From contig JAHRHZ010000222.1 of assembly GCA_024137785.1 (NCBI GenBank), positions 40,088,865 through 40,152,864 of the forward strand: a DNA stretch of 64,000 nt, given 5' to 3'. Under the pieces are notes generated by a model that searched no databases, was not told the DNA's origin, and saw only the letters and a program-made list of their open reading frames with translations. The position numbers and the translations under genes are program-made. Numbering within the stretch: position 1 is the first letter of the stretch; each line of letters starts with the position of its first letter. Source of the stretch: Ginglymostoma cirratum. Its lineage: Eukaryota. Of this stretch, positions 23,378-36,009 are shown piece after piece.

Positions 23378-25950
23378 AACAACAAAGAACAAAGAAAATT
23401 ACAGCACAGGAACAAGCCCTTCGGCCCTCCAAGCCTGTGCCGATCCAGATCGTCTATCTAAACCTGTTGCCTACTTTCCAAGGATCTGGAGCCCTCTGCT
23501 CCCTGCCCATTCATGTATCTGTCCAGATACATCTTAAGTGATGCTATCGTGCCCACCTGTACCACCTCCGCTGGCAACGTGTTCCAGGCACCCACCACCC
23601 TCTGTGTAAAGAACTTTCCATGCATATCTCCCTTAAACTTCTCCCCTCTCACCTTGGAATCATGACCCCTAGTAATTGAGTCCCCCACTCTGGGAAAAAG
23701 CTTCTTGCTATCCACCCTGTCTATACCTCTCATGATTTTGTAGACCTCAATCAGGTCCCCCCGAACCTCCAATTTCTAATGTAAATAATCCCAATCTACT
23801 CAACCTCTCTTCATAGCTAGCACCTTCCATACCAGGCAACATCCTGGTGAACCTCCTCTGTACCGTCTCCAAAGCATCCACATCCTTTTGGTAATGTGGT
23901 GACCAGAACTGTACGCAGTATTCCAAATGTGGTTGAACCAAAGTCCTCTACAATTGTAAGGTGACCTGCTAACTCTTGTACTCAATGCCCTGCCCGATGA
24001 ATGAAAGCATGCCGTATGCCTTCTTGACCACTCTATCAACCTGCATTGCCACCTTCAGGGTACAATGGACCTGAACACCCAGATCTCTCTGTGCATCAAT
24101 TTTCCCCAGGGTTTTTCCATTTATCATATAGTTCGGTCTTGAATTGGATCTTCCAAAATGCATCACCTTGCATTTGCCTGGATTGAACTCCATCTGCCAT
24201 TTCTCTGCCCAACTCTCCAATCTATCTATATTCTGCTGCATTCTCCAACAGTCCCCTTCACTATCTGCTACTCCACCAATCTTCGTGTCATGTGCAAACT
24301 TGCTAATCAGACCATCTATACCTTCCTCCAGATCATTTATGTATATCACAAACAACAGTGGTCCCAACACGGATCCCTGTGGAACACCACTGGTCACAGT
24401 TCTCCATTTTGAGAAACGCCCTTCCGCTATAACTCTCTGTCTCCTGTTGCCCAGCCAGTTCTCTATCCATCTAGCTAGTACACCCTGGACCCCATGTGAC
24501 TTCACTTTCTCCATCAGCCTACCGTGGGGAGCCTTATCAAATGCCTTACTGAAGTCCATGTATATGACATCTACAGCCTTTTCCTCATCTATCAACTTTG
24601 TCACTTCCTCAAAGAATTCTATCAATTTGGTAAGATATGACCTTCCCTGCACAAAACCATGCTGCCTATCACTAATAAGCCCATTTTCTTCCAAATGTAA
24701 ATAGATCCTATCCCTCAGTATCTTCACCAGCAGCTTCCCCACCATTGACGTCAGGCTCACCGGTCTATAATTTCCTGGATTATCCTTGCCACCCTTCTTA
24801 AACAAGGGGACAACATTAACAATTCTCCAGTCCTCCGGGACATCACTCGTGCTCAAGGATGCTGCAAAGATATCTGTTAAGGCCCCAGCTATTTCTTCTC
24901 TTGCTTCCCTCAGTTACCTGGAATAGATGCCATCCGGACCTGGAGACTTGTCCAGCCTAATGCCTTTTAGAATACCCCCCTCCTTATGCTGACTTGACCT
25001 AGAGTAATGAAAATTTATCCCTAACCTCAACATCCATCATGTCCCTCTCCTCAGTGAATACCGACGCAAAGTACTCAATAAGAATCTCACTCATTTTCTC
25101 TGACTCCTCGCTTAACTTCCCTCCATTGTCCTTGAGTGGGCCAACCCTTTCTCTTGTTACCCTCTTGCTCCTTATGTATGAATAAAAGGCTTTGGGATTT
25201 TCCCTAACCCTGTTTGCTAAAGATATTTCATGACCCCTTTTAGCCCTCTTAATTCCTCATTTCAGATTGGTCCTACTTTCCCGATATTCTTCTAAAGTTT
25301 CGTCTGTTTTCAGTCGCCTAGACCTTATGTATGCTTCCTTTTTCCTCTTTGCTAGTCTCACAATTTCACCTGTCATCCATGGTTCCCTAATCTTGCCCTT
25401 TCTATCCCTCATTTTCACAGGGACAAGTCTGTCCTGTGCTCTAATCAACCTCTCTTTAAAAGCCTCCCACATATCAAATGTGGATTTACCCTCAAACAGC
25501 TGCTCCCAATCCACATTCCCCAGCTCCTGTCAGATTTTTCTACAGTTGGCCTTCCCCCAATTCAGCACTCTTCCTTTAGAACTACTCTCGTCTTTGTCCA
25601 TCAGTATTCTAAAACCTACGGAATTGTGATCACTATTCCCAAAATAATCCCCTACTGAAACTTCAACCACCTGGCCGGGCTCATTCCCCAACACCAGGTC
25701 CAGTATGGCCCCTTCCCGAGTTGGACTATTTACATACTGCTCTAGAAAACCCTCCTGGATGCTCCTGACAAATTCTGCTCCATCTAAACCCTGATCACTA
25801 AGTGAATCCCAGTCAATGTTGGGAAAATTAAAATCTCCCATCACCACCACCCTGTTGCTCCTACATCTTTCCATAATCTGTCTACATATTTGTGCCTCTA
25901 TCTCATGCTCACTGTTGGGAGGCCTGCGGTAGAGCCCCAACATTGTTACC
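23378..25950 (-). mobile_element. Relatively young, 5'-truncated CR1 LINE (ORF2: C-terminal APE endonuclease and RT, frameshifted)
   Basis: ORF 25530-25994 (YRRPPNS, MGDFNFPNIDW, PTREGAILDLVL, SDHN); ORF 23969-24856 (YRPVSL, YMDFSKAFD, GVPQGSVLGP, KFAHDTK); ORFs 23747-23941 and 23458-23772 (C-terminus); tandem tail near 23380. Confidence 0.97.
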
Positions 25951-26019
25951 AACATTTCAATGGAAAGGAAGAAATATGTCAATATATATAGCACCTATAG
26001 AAATATATATCTATATCCT

Positions 26020-26185
26020 GAAGACTTATAGTCAATGAAATATTTCTGATGTCATCCCTAATGCAGGAATTTTACAGCAATATTCCACAAACAGCAATGT
26101 GATACCTTGATAATCCATTTTCTTTGATGTAGATTGAAGGCCACCAAGTATATTTCCCTTGCTTCTTGGAAATTGTAGCGTGAGA
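26020..26185 (-). mobile_element. Deu-domain SINE fragment
   Basis: Antisense gtcaatgaaatattt...ccacaaacagcaatgtgata...cttgcttcttggaaattgtag. Confidence 0.5.
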
Positions 26186-27169
26186 CTGGACTTTACCAAT
26201 GGTATGCAATTCCCAAAATAATAACCACGACTGTCTATTACAGCTTATTGCCTTTTCCCACGTGAGTAAAATTAAAATTCTATGTGACAGCAGCGTAGGT
26301 GCAAGACAGGTTTGATTTATTGGATGGGAAAACATTATCAATGAAACCTGGTATTACCTGACAATGCTACAGCTACCAGTGGTCTCTTTGTCAAAGTAGG
26401 ACAATCTCTATCTTGGCCACAACTTCCCTGCTCAACTCCATTGCCATTAATGTAAAACTTGAAAAAGTAAATGTGACATACAGTTGAATTTCACTTGTAA
26501 AGTTTTAAAAGTCACTTTATTCATTATTATTTGTAGCGATTCATTTCAGCAAAGAGCTAAGTGTTCAGACACACCTCCTAGATTCCACACTTGATGATTA
26601 CCAGGGTGTGAGAGTCATTTTCTTTCTTGGGGAAAAGAATGTATTGGTGTCATTTTGCATTCACTCTTTATTGAGTATTGTTATGACCAGGTGAGGATGG
26701 GGTATTAGCTTCCCTCTTTTTAGTCCTCTCTGGTTCAGTCGTAACAGATCTTTTAAATTTGTTTTTGGAATGCAGCTATCACATTTTAAATAAAACGTTT
26801 TTTAGATTAAAAGCAACAGCAATTTCAGTGCAAATGGCTTTGTTTATTTCTACTTGGGTCTCCAAAGTTTGCTCCAATCTGATGTCAGATGATGACTACA
26901 GCTATTTTATATCTATGTTTTTTTCTTTATTAAAATCGTTTCAGTTCAAGAAAGGTCTCAGATGATCAGATCTTGGAAGGTGAAATTTGATTGACCATAT
27001 TTTCTCAGCAGCATTACCATATTCATATTAGCAACCAATTGTTTGCTAATGATTCTATGCTGCAGCCTCAGCTGGCCCTCTCTTCTGGGCATTGTAGTGG
27101 CTATTGTTAAAGACAAATCTGAGCAGGGATCATGGAAATATTGTAGGTGCACTCAAAACTTTGTAAAGA

Positions 27170-29118
27170 CTCTGCCATCCAAAAAGCCCGAATTGGACTC
27201 CAAGAAACATGACATTGATCGCCTCAATTTCTCTGCACCCCCTTATCCATTTGAATTGTATCTCTCTCTGAATTCACTGCACTCCATGCTCTCAGATCCA
27301 GCCTTGACTTTTGAATCAAGCCGGCTGAGAAGGCTGGTGCTGTTGTTGTCTGATGTACTGGTCTGTACATTGCAGAGGCTGAACTCTACCCCTCAGCTAC
27401 CTCCACCTATCTCCGCTTGGACAATGATCTCACAATTGAACATCAGGCTATTATGTCCACAGGGGTCACTAATCTCGTTTTGTCTAGTGATCTCCCCCTG
27501 TCACTGCTTCCAAGCTAAAAGTTCCCGAATTTTACACAGCTTGCTTCTACCTCCTTCCCAAAATCTACAAACAGGACTGCCTGGGCAGACCAGGGTGGCA
27601 CGGTGGATCAGTGGTTATCACAGCTGCCTCGCAATGCCAGGGATCTGGGTTTGATTTCACCCCTGAGTGACTGTCTGTGTGGAGTTTTCATATTCTCCCC
27701 ATGTCTGCATGCATTTCCTCCGGTTTCCTCCCACAGTCTAAAGGTGCGCAAGTTTGGTGGATTGACTAAATTGTCCATAGTGTCCAGGGATGTGCAGGCT
27801 AGGTGGATTAGAACTGGAAAATGCAGGGTCACAGGTGGGATTGGGTCTGGATGGGATGCTCTTCAGAGAGTCAGTGTAGACTCAAGGGGCTGAATGGCCT
27901 GCTTCCACACTGTAGGCATTCTATGATTCTATGACTTGTTGTTTCTTCCTGCTCCTGCCCCACAGAACTCATTTCTTCCTATCTCAACTCCATTTCTTTC
28001 CCCCTTGTACATTCCCTTCCCACTTACATCCACGATTCATCTGATGCATTATGTCAGTTTCAGAATTTCCAGTTTGTAGCGTCCAACTACCTTCTCTTTA
28101 CCATGGATATGCAATCCCTTTAAATGTCCATCCCCCATCAGGCTGGTCTTGGGGCTTCCCACTTCTTCCTGTAAAAAAGGCCTGAACTATCCCTACCCAC
28201 CACTACCCTCCTCTGTCTGGCTGAGCTGGTCCTCACCCTGAACAACTTCTCTTTTAACTCCTCTCACTTTCTTTCAGTCAAAGGGGTGGCCATAGGGTAC
28301 CCACATTATCCCCAGTTATTCCTGACTCTTTGTGGAATATACCCAACAGCCCCATGGCACCTCCCATGCAATTGCAGAAGGTGTAAAAACTGCCCATTTA
28401 AATCCTCCCTCCTCACTAACCAAGGCCCCAAACTCATTTCCAAGTGAAGCAGCGCTTTATTTGCACTTCACTCAATCTAGTCTACCGCATCTGCTGCTCA
28501 CAATGTGGTGATCCTGTACAATGGGGAGATGAGCCTGGGTGATGGTCCTGCAGAACACTTACATTCTTCTCTGCAAAAAATGACCCTGAACTTCCTGTTG
28601 CCTGCCTCTTCAACACACCACCGTGTTCCTGGCCAACATCTCTGTCTCAGGCTTGCTCCAGTGCTCCAGTGCATGTTGGAAGAACCACATCTCATTTTCT
28701 GCTTGAGGACCCTTCAGCCACCAGGGCTCAATATCAGTTTGATAATTTTAGGGCCTGAGCACCTTGTCCCCATCCTTACTCCAACCCCTATACCAGGCCC
28801 TGTCATCACATTGGCTGCTACCACAAACAACTCATTGTTGGCTACGAGTGGTCCCCATTATCAGCCATTCATTCTCCCAGACTGACCTTCATCCATTCCT
28901 TTGTCTGCCCAATTGTCATTCTCTCGCTCTCTGAGCTCCATCTCCACCTATCTTTTACTCCTCCCCACTCCTTCCACCTTTAGCATATATGTCAACCTTT
29001 TCCTAGCTACAATCAGTTCTGAGGAAGGGTCTCTGGACCCAAAACATACTCTGTTTCCACTCCACAGATGCTGCCAGACTCACTGGATTTCTGCATCAAT
29101 TTCTGTTTTTGTTTCTGA
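27170..29118 (+). mobile_element. Degenerate, internally deleted Penelope-like element (RT, GIY-YIG and 3' terminal repeat)
   Basis: Decayed versions of KPADKGGAVVVW (about 27320-27380), SCSCPTELISSYL (about 27945), LFTMD..SL (about 28092), GVAMG (about 28283), CCHH/GIY-YIG region CNCRRCKNCP...LVYRICCSQCG..YNGE (28360-28530); terminal repeat 29012-29118. Confidence 0.85.
27593..27934 (+). mobile_element. HE1-type SINE, full length, inserted in the Penelope RT
   Basis: tRNA head, V-domain and CR1-like tail gggctgaatggcctgcttccacactgtaggcattctatgattctatga; Penelope RT sequence (PGRP/IVS region) resumes after it. Confidence 0.9.
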
Positions 29119-29459
29119 ACTGACCACACATTTGGACAGTACTGACACAGCTCTTTAGGCCCCTAATTTTTTTACCTTAACTGATTTTTCAACACAATTG
29201 GAATACCAGGCCCTTCCAAATTCACTATTCCATGGCCCTGACCCCACCTTCTCTGCTGTCTTGAATTATTCTTCCACTCCCCCATATCTCCAACGTCACA
29301 TCACAACCGACTCATTGTTTTCAGTCCCGAGCCCCTGTGCAAGAGTCCACTCTCCTTTTTCTCTCCCTTGTCTTGTAAAATTAAATGAGGAATACCACTG
29401 ATTATGTCCACAACTGCATGAAGACGATAGGATGGATCCCATCTTGAAACAATCTATAG

Positions 29460-29870
29460 CGAGCTATAGGGAGAGGCTGAATAGGCTGGGGCTATTTTCC
29501 CTGGAGCATCGTAGGTTGAGGGGTGACCTTGTAGAAGTTTATATAATCATAGTCAAAGTCTTTTCCCCAGGGTGAAACTAGAGGGCATAGGTTTAAGGTG
29601 AGAGGAGAAAGATTTCAAAGGGATTTAAGGGGCAACTTTTTCATGCAGAGGGTAACGTGTGTATGGAATGGGCTACCAGAGGAAGTGGTGGAGGCTGGTA
29701 CAATTGCAACATTTAAAAGCCATCTGGATGGGTACATGAATAGGAAGTGTTTAGAGGGATATGGGCCAAATGCAGGCAAACGGGACTAGATTAATTGAGG
29801 GTATCTGGTCAGCACGGATGAGTTGGACTGAAGGGTCTATTTCCATGCTGTACATCTCTATGGCTATATA
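29460..29870 (+). mobile_element. CR1 3' fragment
   Basis: ORF 29598-29789 RGERFQRDLRGNFFMQRVTCVWNGLPEEVVEAG, followed by the 3' UTR. Confidence 0.92.
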
Positions 29871-30164
29871 ATCATATAGTGGGTGCCACAGGATCCTTGG
29901 TGATACTGACTTTATTTTTGAAGCTGTACGTTTTAAAGACCTGTTTCATAGTAAAGAATATTCATGGCATGTAAGTGTATTAGAAATATGAACCTTCTGC
30001 AGACTACCATAAAGGTTGACAGGCAGCAAACACACTGCTGATTTTATCTCTAAATTTCAAACCACTATTGGGAAGTCAAAATCTTGCATCCTGCCTAAGT
30101 AAACTAACCCAAACACTACACTTTCTGCACTTGTAGGCTGTATAATATTTCTCCATTGGATCTT

Positions 30165-30320
30165 CACACATCATAGGGAGAGAGGCAGGACTTCAGTTTA
30201 CGTCTCATCCAAAAGGCAGCACCTAATACAATGCAGCATCCCTCAGAACTGCATTGGAGTATCAGCCTTGATTTTTGTGCTCGAGTCTTGGAGTGAGACT
30301 CTGAAGTAAGACTGCTTTCA
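30165..30320 (-). mobile_element. Deu-domain SINE (SacSINE1/AmnSINE-like core)
   Basis: Reverse complement gctgcattgtattaggtgctgccttttggatgagacgtaaac matches the Deu core as I recall it. Confidence 0.7.
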
Positions 30321-30369
30321 TTGAGCTGCAGAAGAGCCAGAAAACTTAAAAAAAAAGAAACCATTTCCA

Positions 30370-30695
30370 ATATAATGAGGATCCATAACCAGAGGACACA
30401 GATCTTAAGAAAAAAGATTGAGACAGGAGAGGAGGGAAGCGCGTTTTTTTATATGTTATAGTCTGGCATAGTTAATAGGCAATCAGCCATAGTTCACATG
30501 CACTGCCTGTAAAGGTGGTAATAACAGGATTCAATCGTAACTTTCAAAGGGAATTGAATACATGTGGAAAATAAAGATTTGCAGAGCAATGGGGAAAGAA
30601 CTGGGGAGTAGGACTAATTAGACAGCTCTTTCAAAGAACAGGCACAGGCACACTGAACTGGATGGACGCCTTCTGTGCTGTAAGTTTGTGATTTC
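30370..30695 (+). mobile_element. Old CR1 3' fragment
   Basis: ataaccagaggacacagat...gcactgcctgtaaaggtggta...gatttgcagagcaatggggaaaga...ccttctgtgctgtaa. Confidence 0.7.
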
Positions 30696-31149
30696 AGACA
30701 ATGTCTGTGAGGTTGAGGTATAAATTCATGGCAAGCTAAAAGGTGAAAAACCAAAACAAATGGTGTTTAAAAAAGGCTGGTTGTTGTTGTGCAGTGGTCC
30801 CCATTCAATGGGCCCTGCAGTGTCACAGTGTGATTCCAGCCTCATGGGGGTTTCAGCAAAATGGAAGATATTTCTTGGATGCACAGCTTAGCAAGTCACT
30901 TGCTTCATTACCCGAACTGCTGATAGCTGGTATGAATAGAGTCTTGGATATTGCAACTCAGCCAAGCAATGTTGTGAAATAAGTGTTCTTTGCTCTAAAT
31001 ACAGGATGTGTCAACTTTGGATCAGCTAGGAGCGTTCGTGTCTCTGAAATACAAGTTGGCTTGTTGAAGTCCCCATTCATAGACCTTAGGACAGTATTGT
31101 GGAGTGTACCTTGGCCGGGTTGCTGCTGAGCCTGTCTTTCCAACTAGTG

Positions 31150-31500
31150 CTATGTGCTGACATTGAACGTGATGGATGGAGGCATGGGGTGAGAGAAAGC
31201 ATTTGTTACCTTTGTGATGCAGCTGTAAATCACGCACTGGCTGATGTGACTGATGTCCCCTGCTGGTGTTTTGAAAGATCTCATAGTGCAGAACTTTAGT
31301 ACAATGATGACTTTCAGTTCTACTGAGAGTGATAGCTGGATGATGCACTTGAACTATACAGCCTCCTTCAGGAGCAGTGCACAAATCAGAGATTGTGTCC
31401 CTGATAAAGACCCGGCTTCTTAAGCACTGCTCCGTACTGAGGTCCAAGTGAAGGGCAGTTTGATAGCAATTGCAGAGCATTGGATAGCTTTGATTACTGA
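31150..31500 (-). pseudogene. PIF/Harbinger (HARBI1-like) transposase relic, N-terminal part
   Basis: LHLDLSTEQCLRSRVFIRDTISDLC, then after a frameshift LSLSVELKVIIVLKFCTMRSFKTPAGDISHISQCVIYSCITKVTNAF. Confidence 0.7.
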
Positions 31501-31849
31501 AGGTCCCCCTCACATGTTGGTAAACCTCCTGTGCAAAGTTAATGTAATATGCAAATCCAGTGAATCCTGAGTAAATTTGCATCAATTTTTGCTTAACAAT
31601 TACCTGACAAGCGAAGAAGAAATCATATGTCAATACACATTCTGGCAATGAATTGAACACACATGGGAGTTTGTACTATTCTATTAACTCTAAATGGGAA
31701 GAATTGGTCAAGTTACAATGTGAATGTATTCTTCTCAAGTGGATTTATAATCTTGCTTCATGAAGCAATTCTTCCCTTAGTTTGAATGCATAACCAGCAC
31801 AGCTCTAATCAAATTAATGCCCACTTTTCACTGCTGTGTTCTATGTAAT

Positions 31850-32165
31850 AGGAAATAACAACAGGATAAGGCCATCTGGCCCATCAAGCCTATTCTGCAA
31901 TTCGACTAGATCATGTTTGGTTTTCTACCTGATGCCATTTTTCTGCACTATCCGGTATCTCTTGGTATCTTTAATATCTAGAAATCTACCAATTTCTGTC
32001 AATGACTGAGCCTCCACAGCTCTCTGGAGTGAATAGATTCCTTCTAATCTCAGTCCTAAATGGCTTACCTCTTAGTTTGTGACTGTGTCCCCTGATTTCA
32101 GACTCCTGAGCAAGGAGAGATATTCTTCCTTTATCAGCCCTGTCGAGCCCTGTAAGAGTTTAGTG
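31850..32165 (-). mobile_element. CR1 3' fragment
   Basis: Antisense tail taggaaata...ggccatctggcccatcaagcct. Confidence 0.7.
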
Positions 32166-32344
32166 TATTTCACCGTGCCTTTTGGTATATTCTTTCATGT
32201 TCTGACCAATTTGACCACCCATTCCACTCCAGCTCTGGAATCAATCCCACTGGGCCATATTTTTATAGTATGTTTCTTCTTATATTGTAAAAAAGAAATG
32301 GACATATAAATAATAAAAGTCTGCAGCCGAACCAAAAGATCGCG

Positions 32345-32530
32345 GAACAGAAACTGAAAGAACTGCGGATGCTGTAAATCAGAAACAAAAACAGAAATTG
32401 CTGGAAAAGCTCAGCAGGTCTGGCAGTATCTGTGAAGAGAAATCAGAGTTAATGTTTCGGGTCCGGTGACCCTTCCTCAGAATGGTCTGTTCTGAAGAAG
32501 GGTCACCGGACCCGAAACATTAATTCTGAT
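32345..32530. mobile_element. Penelope-derived foldback element with two inverted hammerhead-like cores
   Basis: 41-bp arms at 32442-32482 and 32490-32530 (2 mismatches, 7-nt loop); each reads CTGA(G/A)GAAGGGTCACCGGACCCGAAAC. Confidence 0.85.
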
Positions 32531-32816
32531 CTAATCTAATTCTAAACGATCTAAACGATCTAATTCTGATAAAAAGTGTAACTTTTTTAAAAACATTTTT
32601 TATGGAAATGAAAACCGTGGAAAAATAGCCAAACAGAAGAGGCACAGGGGAGAGATAATGGGGGTAATTGTTACCCTTTTACAATGGGTAGAGTGTTGAG
32701 GAGGTGATTTTGTAAATATTGCTAAAAAGAGATATGAATTTGGAGCTTTTCATCTTGCATTCAGTGGAGTGACATGAAAGAAATCAAACTTGGAAAGGGA
32801 ACACCAATTTATACAG

Positions 32817-32959
32817 AGATAGTAGGCACTGCAGATCCTGGAGACTCTGAGATAACAAGATGTAGAGCTGGATGAACACAGCAGGCCAAGCAGCATCATC
32901 ATCCTGCTCCTATGATGCTGCTTGGCCTGCTGTGTTCACCCAGCTCTACACCTTGTTAT
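32817..32959. mobile_element. Foldback element (Penelope terminal-repeat type) with a 15-bp TSD
   Basis: 49-bp inverted arms at 32851-32899 and 32912-32960 (2 mismatches); direct repeat CACCAATTTATACAG at 32802-32816 and 32960-32974. Confidence 0.85.
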
Positions 32960-35127
32960 CACCAATTTATACAGTATGGGAAGCGGGTGCTGATTGGCAG
33001 CAAGAGAAGAGGGCGCTGACGTATAGCCTCAGCATCCTCTTGTCAACACATACTGTATAAATTAGTGCTCTATGTCCAAACTAAAAAGCTTCAAATTCAT
33101 ATTGCTTTTTAACAATAGTTATGTTATATACTATTAAGCAATTATATATATGAATGCGTGTATGGCTCTTGGGTAAATAACCGTACCTTTTAAACAAGGC
33201 TCCATTCCTCAGATTTCAAAGGTATTTTCTTTTTTTTTACATTAGTAAACGACATTCCCAGGGCTTGAGGAAACCTCACTGCTGAGAAGATATGAGAGTT
33301 GACAGAGTCATCATAAGTGCTTTTTCAGCACTGACTATGGGTCCAGAGGAGAAGCAATGCTTTCTTGCTACACCTACAGCAAAATCTCTGCCACCTTTCT
33401 GTTCCAACGACTAGCTGACCAACTTTCCCCAACATAGTCTTCATGCCTCTGATGATGTTTTCAATTTCTCCGATAACTCACCACTTGTGATAGTTTCTTC
33501 TCTTCTTAAATCCTCTTTGGCATACTGTGAGACCCAGCAGCGGCACCTAATATTCTCTGATTTCTCAATTTAGCTTACTTCTGGGCTTGAAATGGAGTAA
33601 ATAAAATTCTAATTAGGCTCTGCCAATAAATTCACATTACCATTATTTATGTACTTCCCAGTAGCAGTCACTCTCACATCAGGGACAACATCTCCATTTC
33701 TGACATAACCTGTTCCCAGAGGCATTCTAATTTTCAATGCTGAACATTTGAAGTTATAATGTATCACTATCCAAAACTAACACCAAACATTTGGACAATA
33801 TAATTCAAGTTTAAAACTCTTTCACATCAATTTCACATTGGTACAAAATTTGATATGGTTAATGTTAAAGATGAAATATCATAATATTAATGTTTTATCA
33901 ATACGTTACTGTAGATCATTTTTAACTTTGACTTCTAATGAAAAAGAAAACTATTTCAGTTAAAAGAGTCCAGATAACACAGATTGTATTTGGTGCACAA
34001 CAATGTTTAGACAGTGAAAAATGTTAAGTTTAATCTTGAATCTTCAGAAGGGAACAGAGAACACCTTTTTACCTTAAGGCAGTAACTTCCTCGTGTTTGT
34101 AATCAAGACTCTCCAGGATTGACCTGATCTTGCAGGGTACAGAATATTTCCATAGTTAATTACAGATTCAAAAACTTGCTGACTTTCTGAATATAATGAA
34201 TCATTTTATCCTTGTAATCTGATATGCATTGTGAATCTTATTCTCTTACAAAAAAATTATTTCACATATACGGTGATCAATGTGTTTTTGAAGCCTGTAG
34301 TTTCTTTTTGAATGATGTTTCTTTAAGGCCATAGTGGGCTGGGGAGTATTCTGAAAGAGCAGGAACTGTTTCCGTTATACAATTGGAAAGGGTAGAGAGT
34401 TGAAGACTGGAAGCAACGTGTTGTTGATTGCACTAGACACATTTCAGTGATGTAACCAGTGTAGGAATAGACCATTTGAAGTGGTCAAAGAAGGGAGTCC
34501 CCCAGGATTCTGTGCCATCAGGGTTGACACGACTCAAGTGAGAGAATGTTTATCGACATGTGCTTCACCATTGGTAACCCTCTCTGGTCCCTCACATAGA
34601 CACTGACTGCTGCAAGAGCTGAAATTATGGAGTGGGAAGTGAAAGACCATATATAATGGAGGTCAAGTTAAAAAATATTTTGAAATGGCACATGGTCACA
34701 CATTTATGTGGGAACTAATGCAAGCACTTCTGACAATGTGGATGTATCTTTCTTAGATTGATGATAAAAATTTAAATTCTCCTAGTTGTTTGAAATATCC
34801 TTTGCCAGTAAATTACTGTTTGAGTTATGCTGATTTAAGTTGATAGGCTATAGTAAAGGTTTTAAGAAGTGAATTCTTGGCTATCTGTTTTCTTTTCGTT
34901 AGGTTTGTGAGGATTCCTTGCTTTCATGTTGTCTCTACAGGTGTTGTAATACAAAACTTCGCCTTCATGACTCTCAAAATATGAGATAAATCCACACTGG
35001 TCGCCTTAATTGTGGTATTATAGTATGAGTAATAAATCATGCAAAATTCTCTCATGTAGTATCATTAGCTACAAGGAGGACGTTTTTCCAAAAAAGGACT
35101 GTGAGTACAGTAAAATATACAAACAAG

Positions 35128-35398
35128 GCTCACAGCGCCAGGGACCCAGGTTCAATTCCACCCTTGGGTGACTGTCTGTGTGGAGTTTGCACATTCTCCC
35201 CATGTCTGCGTGGGTTTCCTTCGGGTGCTCTGGTTTCCTCCCACAGTCCAAAAGATGTGCAGGCTAGGTGGATTAACCATACAAAATTGCCCATGGTATT
35301 CAGGGATTTGTAGATTAAGGGGATGGGCCTGGGTGATGCTCTGAGAGTCACTGTGGACTTGTTGGGCCGAAGGACCTGTTTCCACACTGTAGGGATTC
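35128..35398 (+). mobile_element. HE1-type SINE, 5'-truncated
   Basis: B box ggttcaattcc, V-domain, tail gggccgaaggacctgtttccacactgtagggattc. Confidence 0.9.
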
Positions 35399-35825
35399 AA
35401 GAAAAAGGCTGAGCAATAGTATTTGGGGGAAACAGGTGTGTTAGCATAGTATGGCTTCAAGACTGTTGTTAACAGAGAAAATAGATATAACACAAAGTGA
35501 ACAGATGACTTGGAAACTCATTAAATATTTAATGTTCAACAACTAATAGTTTAATTATAGAACTGAAGCGTCTTGTGAAATTCTGTTGAAGAGACCGCAA
35601 TCATTCTTCTTCTTTACGTTTACATCTCCAATCAGTGGACAGTTTTCCCGTGAGTTTCATTGACCTCAATTTCTCGTGTGCTCCTTGATGCCACGCAAAT
35701 TTTCTTTGTTAAGCATACTAAATGTAAATCATCACAAATAATATTAGTGTCTTGGACATTATGTATTCTGTTAATGCCCATTATCAGTACGTATTTGATT
35801 GAAAATTTGTGTGTTTTAAAATTCA

Positions 35826-35940
35826 ATCATGGGATACAGGCATCACTGACTGGGACAACATTTATTTTCCATCCCTAATTGCCTTAGACAAGGTGGTGGT
35901 GTGCTGTCTTCTCGAACTGCTGCTGTGCTTGAGATGTAGG
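35826..35940 (-). mobile_element. 3' tail of the 48-50 kb CR1-group LINE family
   Basis: Antisense catttattttccatccctaattgcctt..aaggtggtggtgtgctgtcttctcgaac. Confidence 0.7.
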
Positions 35941-36009
35941 GAGATAATTGGAATATGTATTCCAACAATATCATTCAGCTGTAAGGTTTGATGAGTTTAA
36001 AATAAAGGT

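Noticed and set aside
24144-24704. 186-aa plus-strand ORF (and 25267-25629)
   Set aside because: Antisense shadow of the CR1 ORF2
27043-27654. 203-aa ORF with a hydrophobic N-terminus
   Set aside because: Chance read-through of degenerate Penelope and HE1 SINE sequence
27593-27665. tRNA-like A and B boxes here and at 7706, 43646, 48293 and 62270
   Set aside because: These are SINE heads with no intact cloverleaf, not tRNA genes
33482-33546. Minus-strand segment ending TG|gtgagt (YAKEDLRREETITS)
   Set aside because: The acceptor is purine-rich and weak, and the peptide is unrecognised
34480-34730. Possible CR1 ORF1 esterase remnant (IYVGTN)
   Set aside because: A single short motif, too degraded to support
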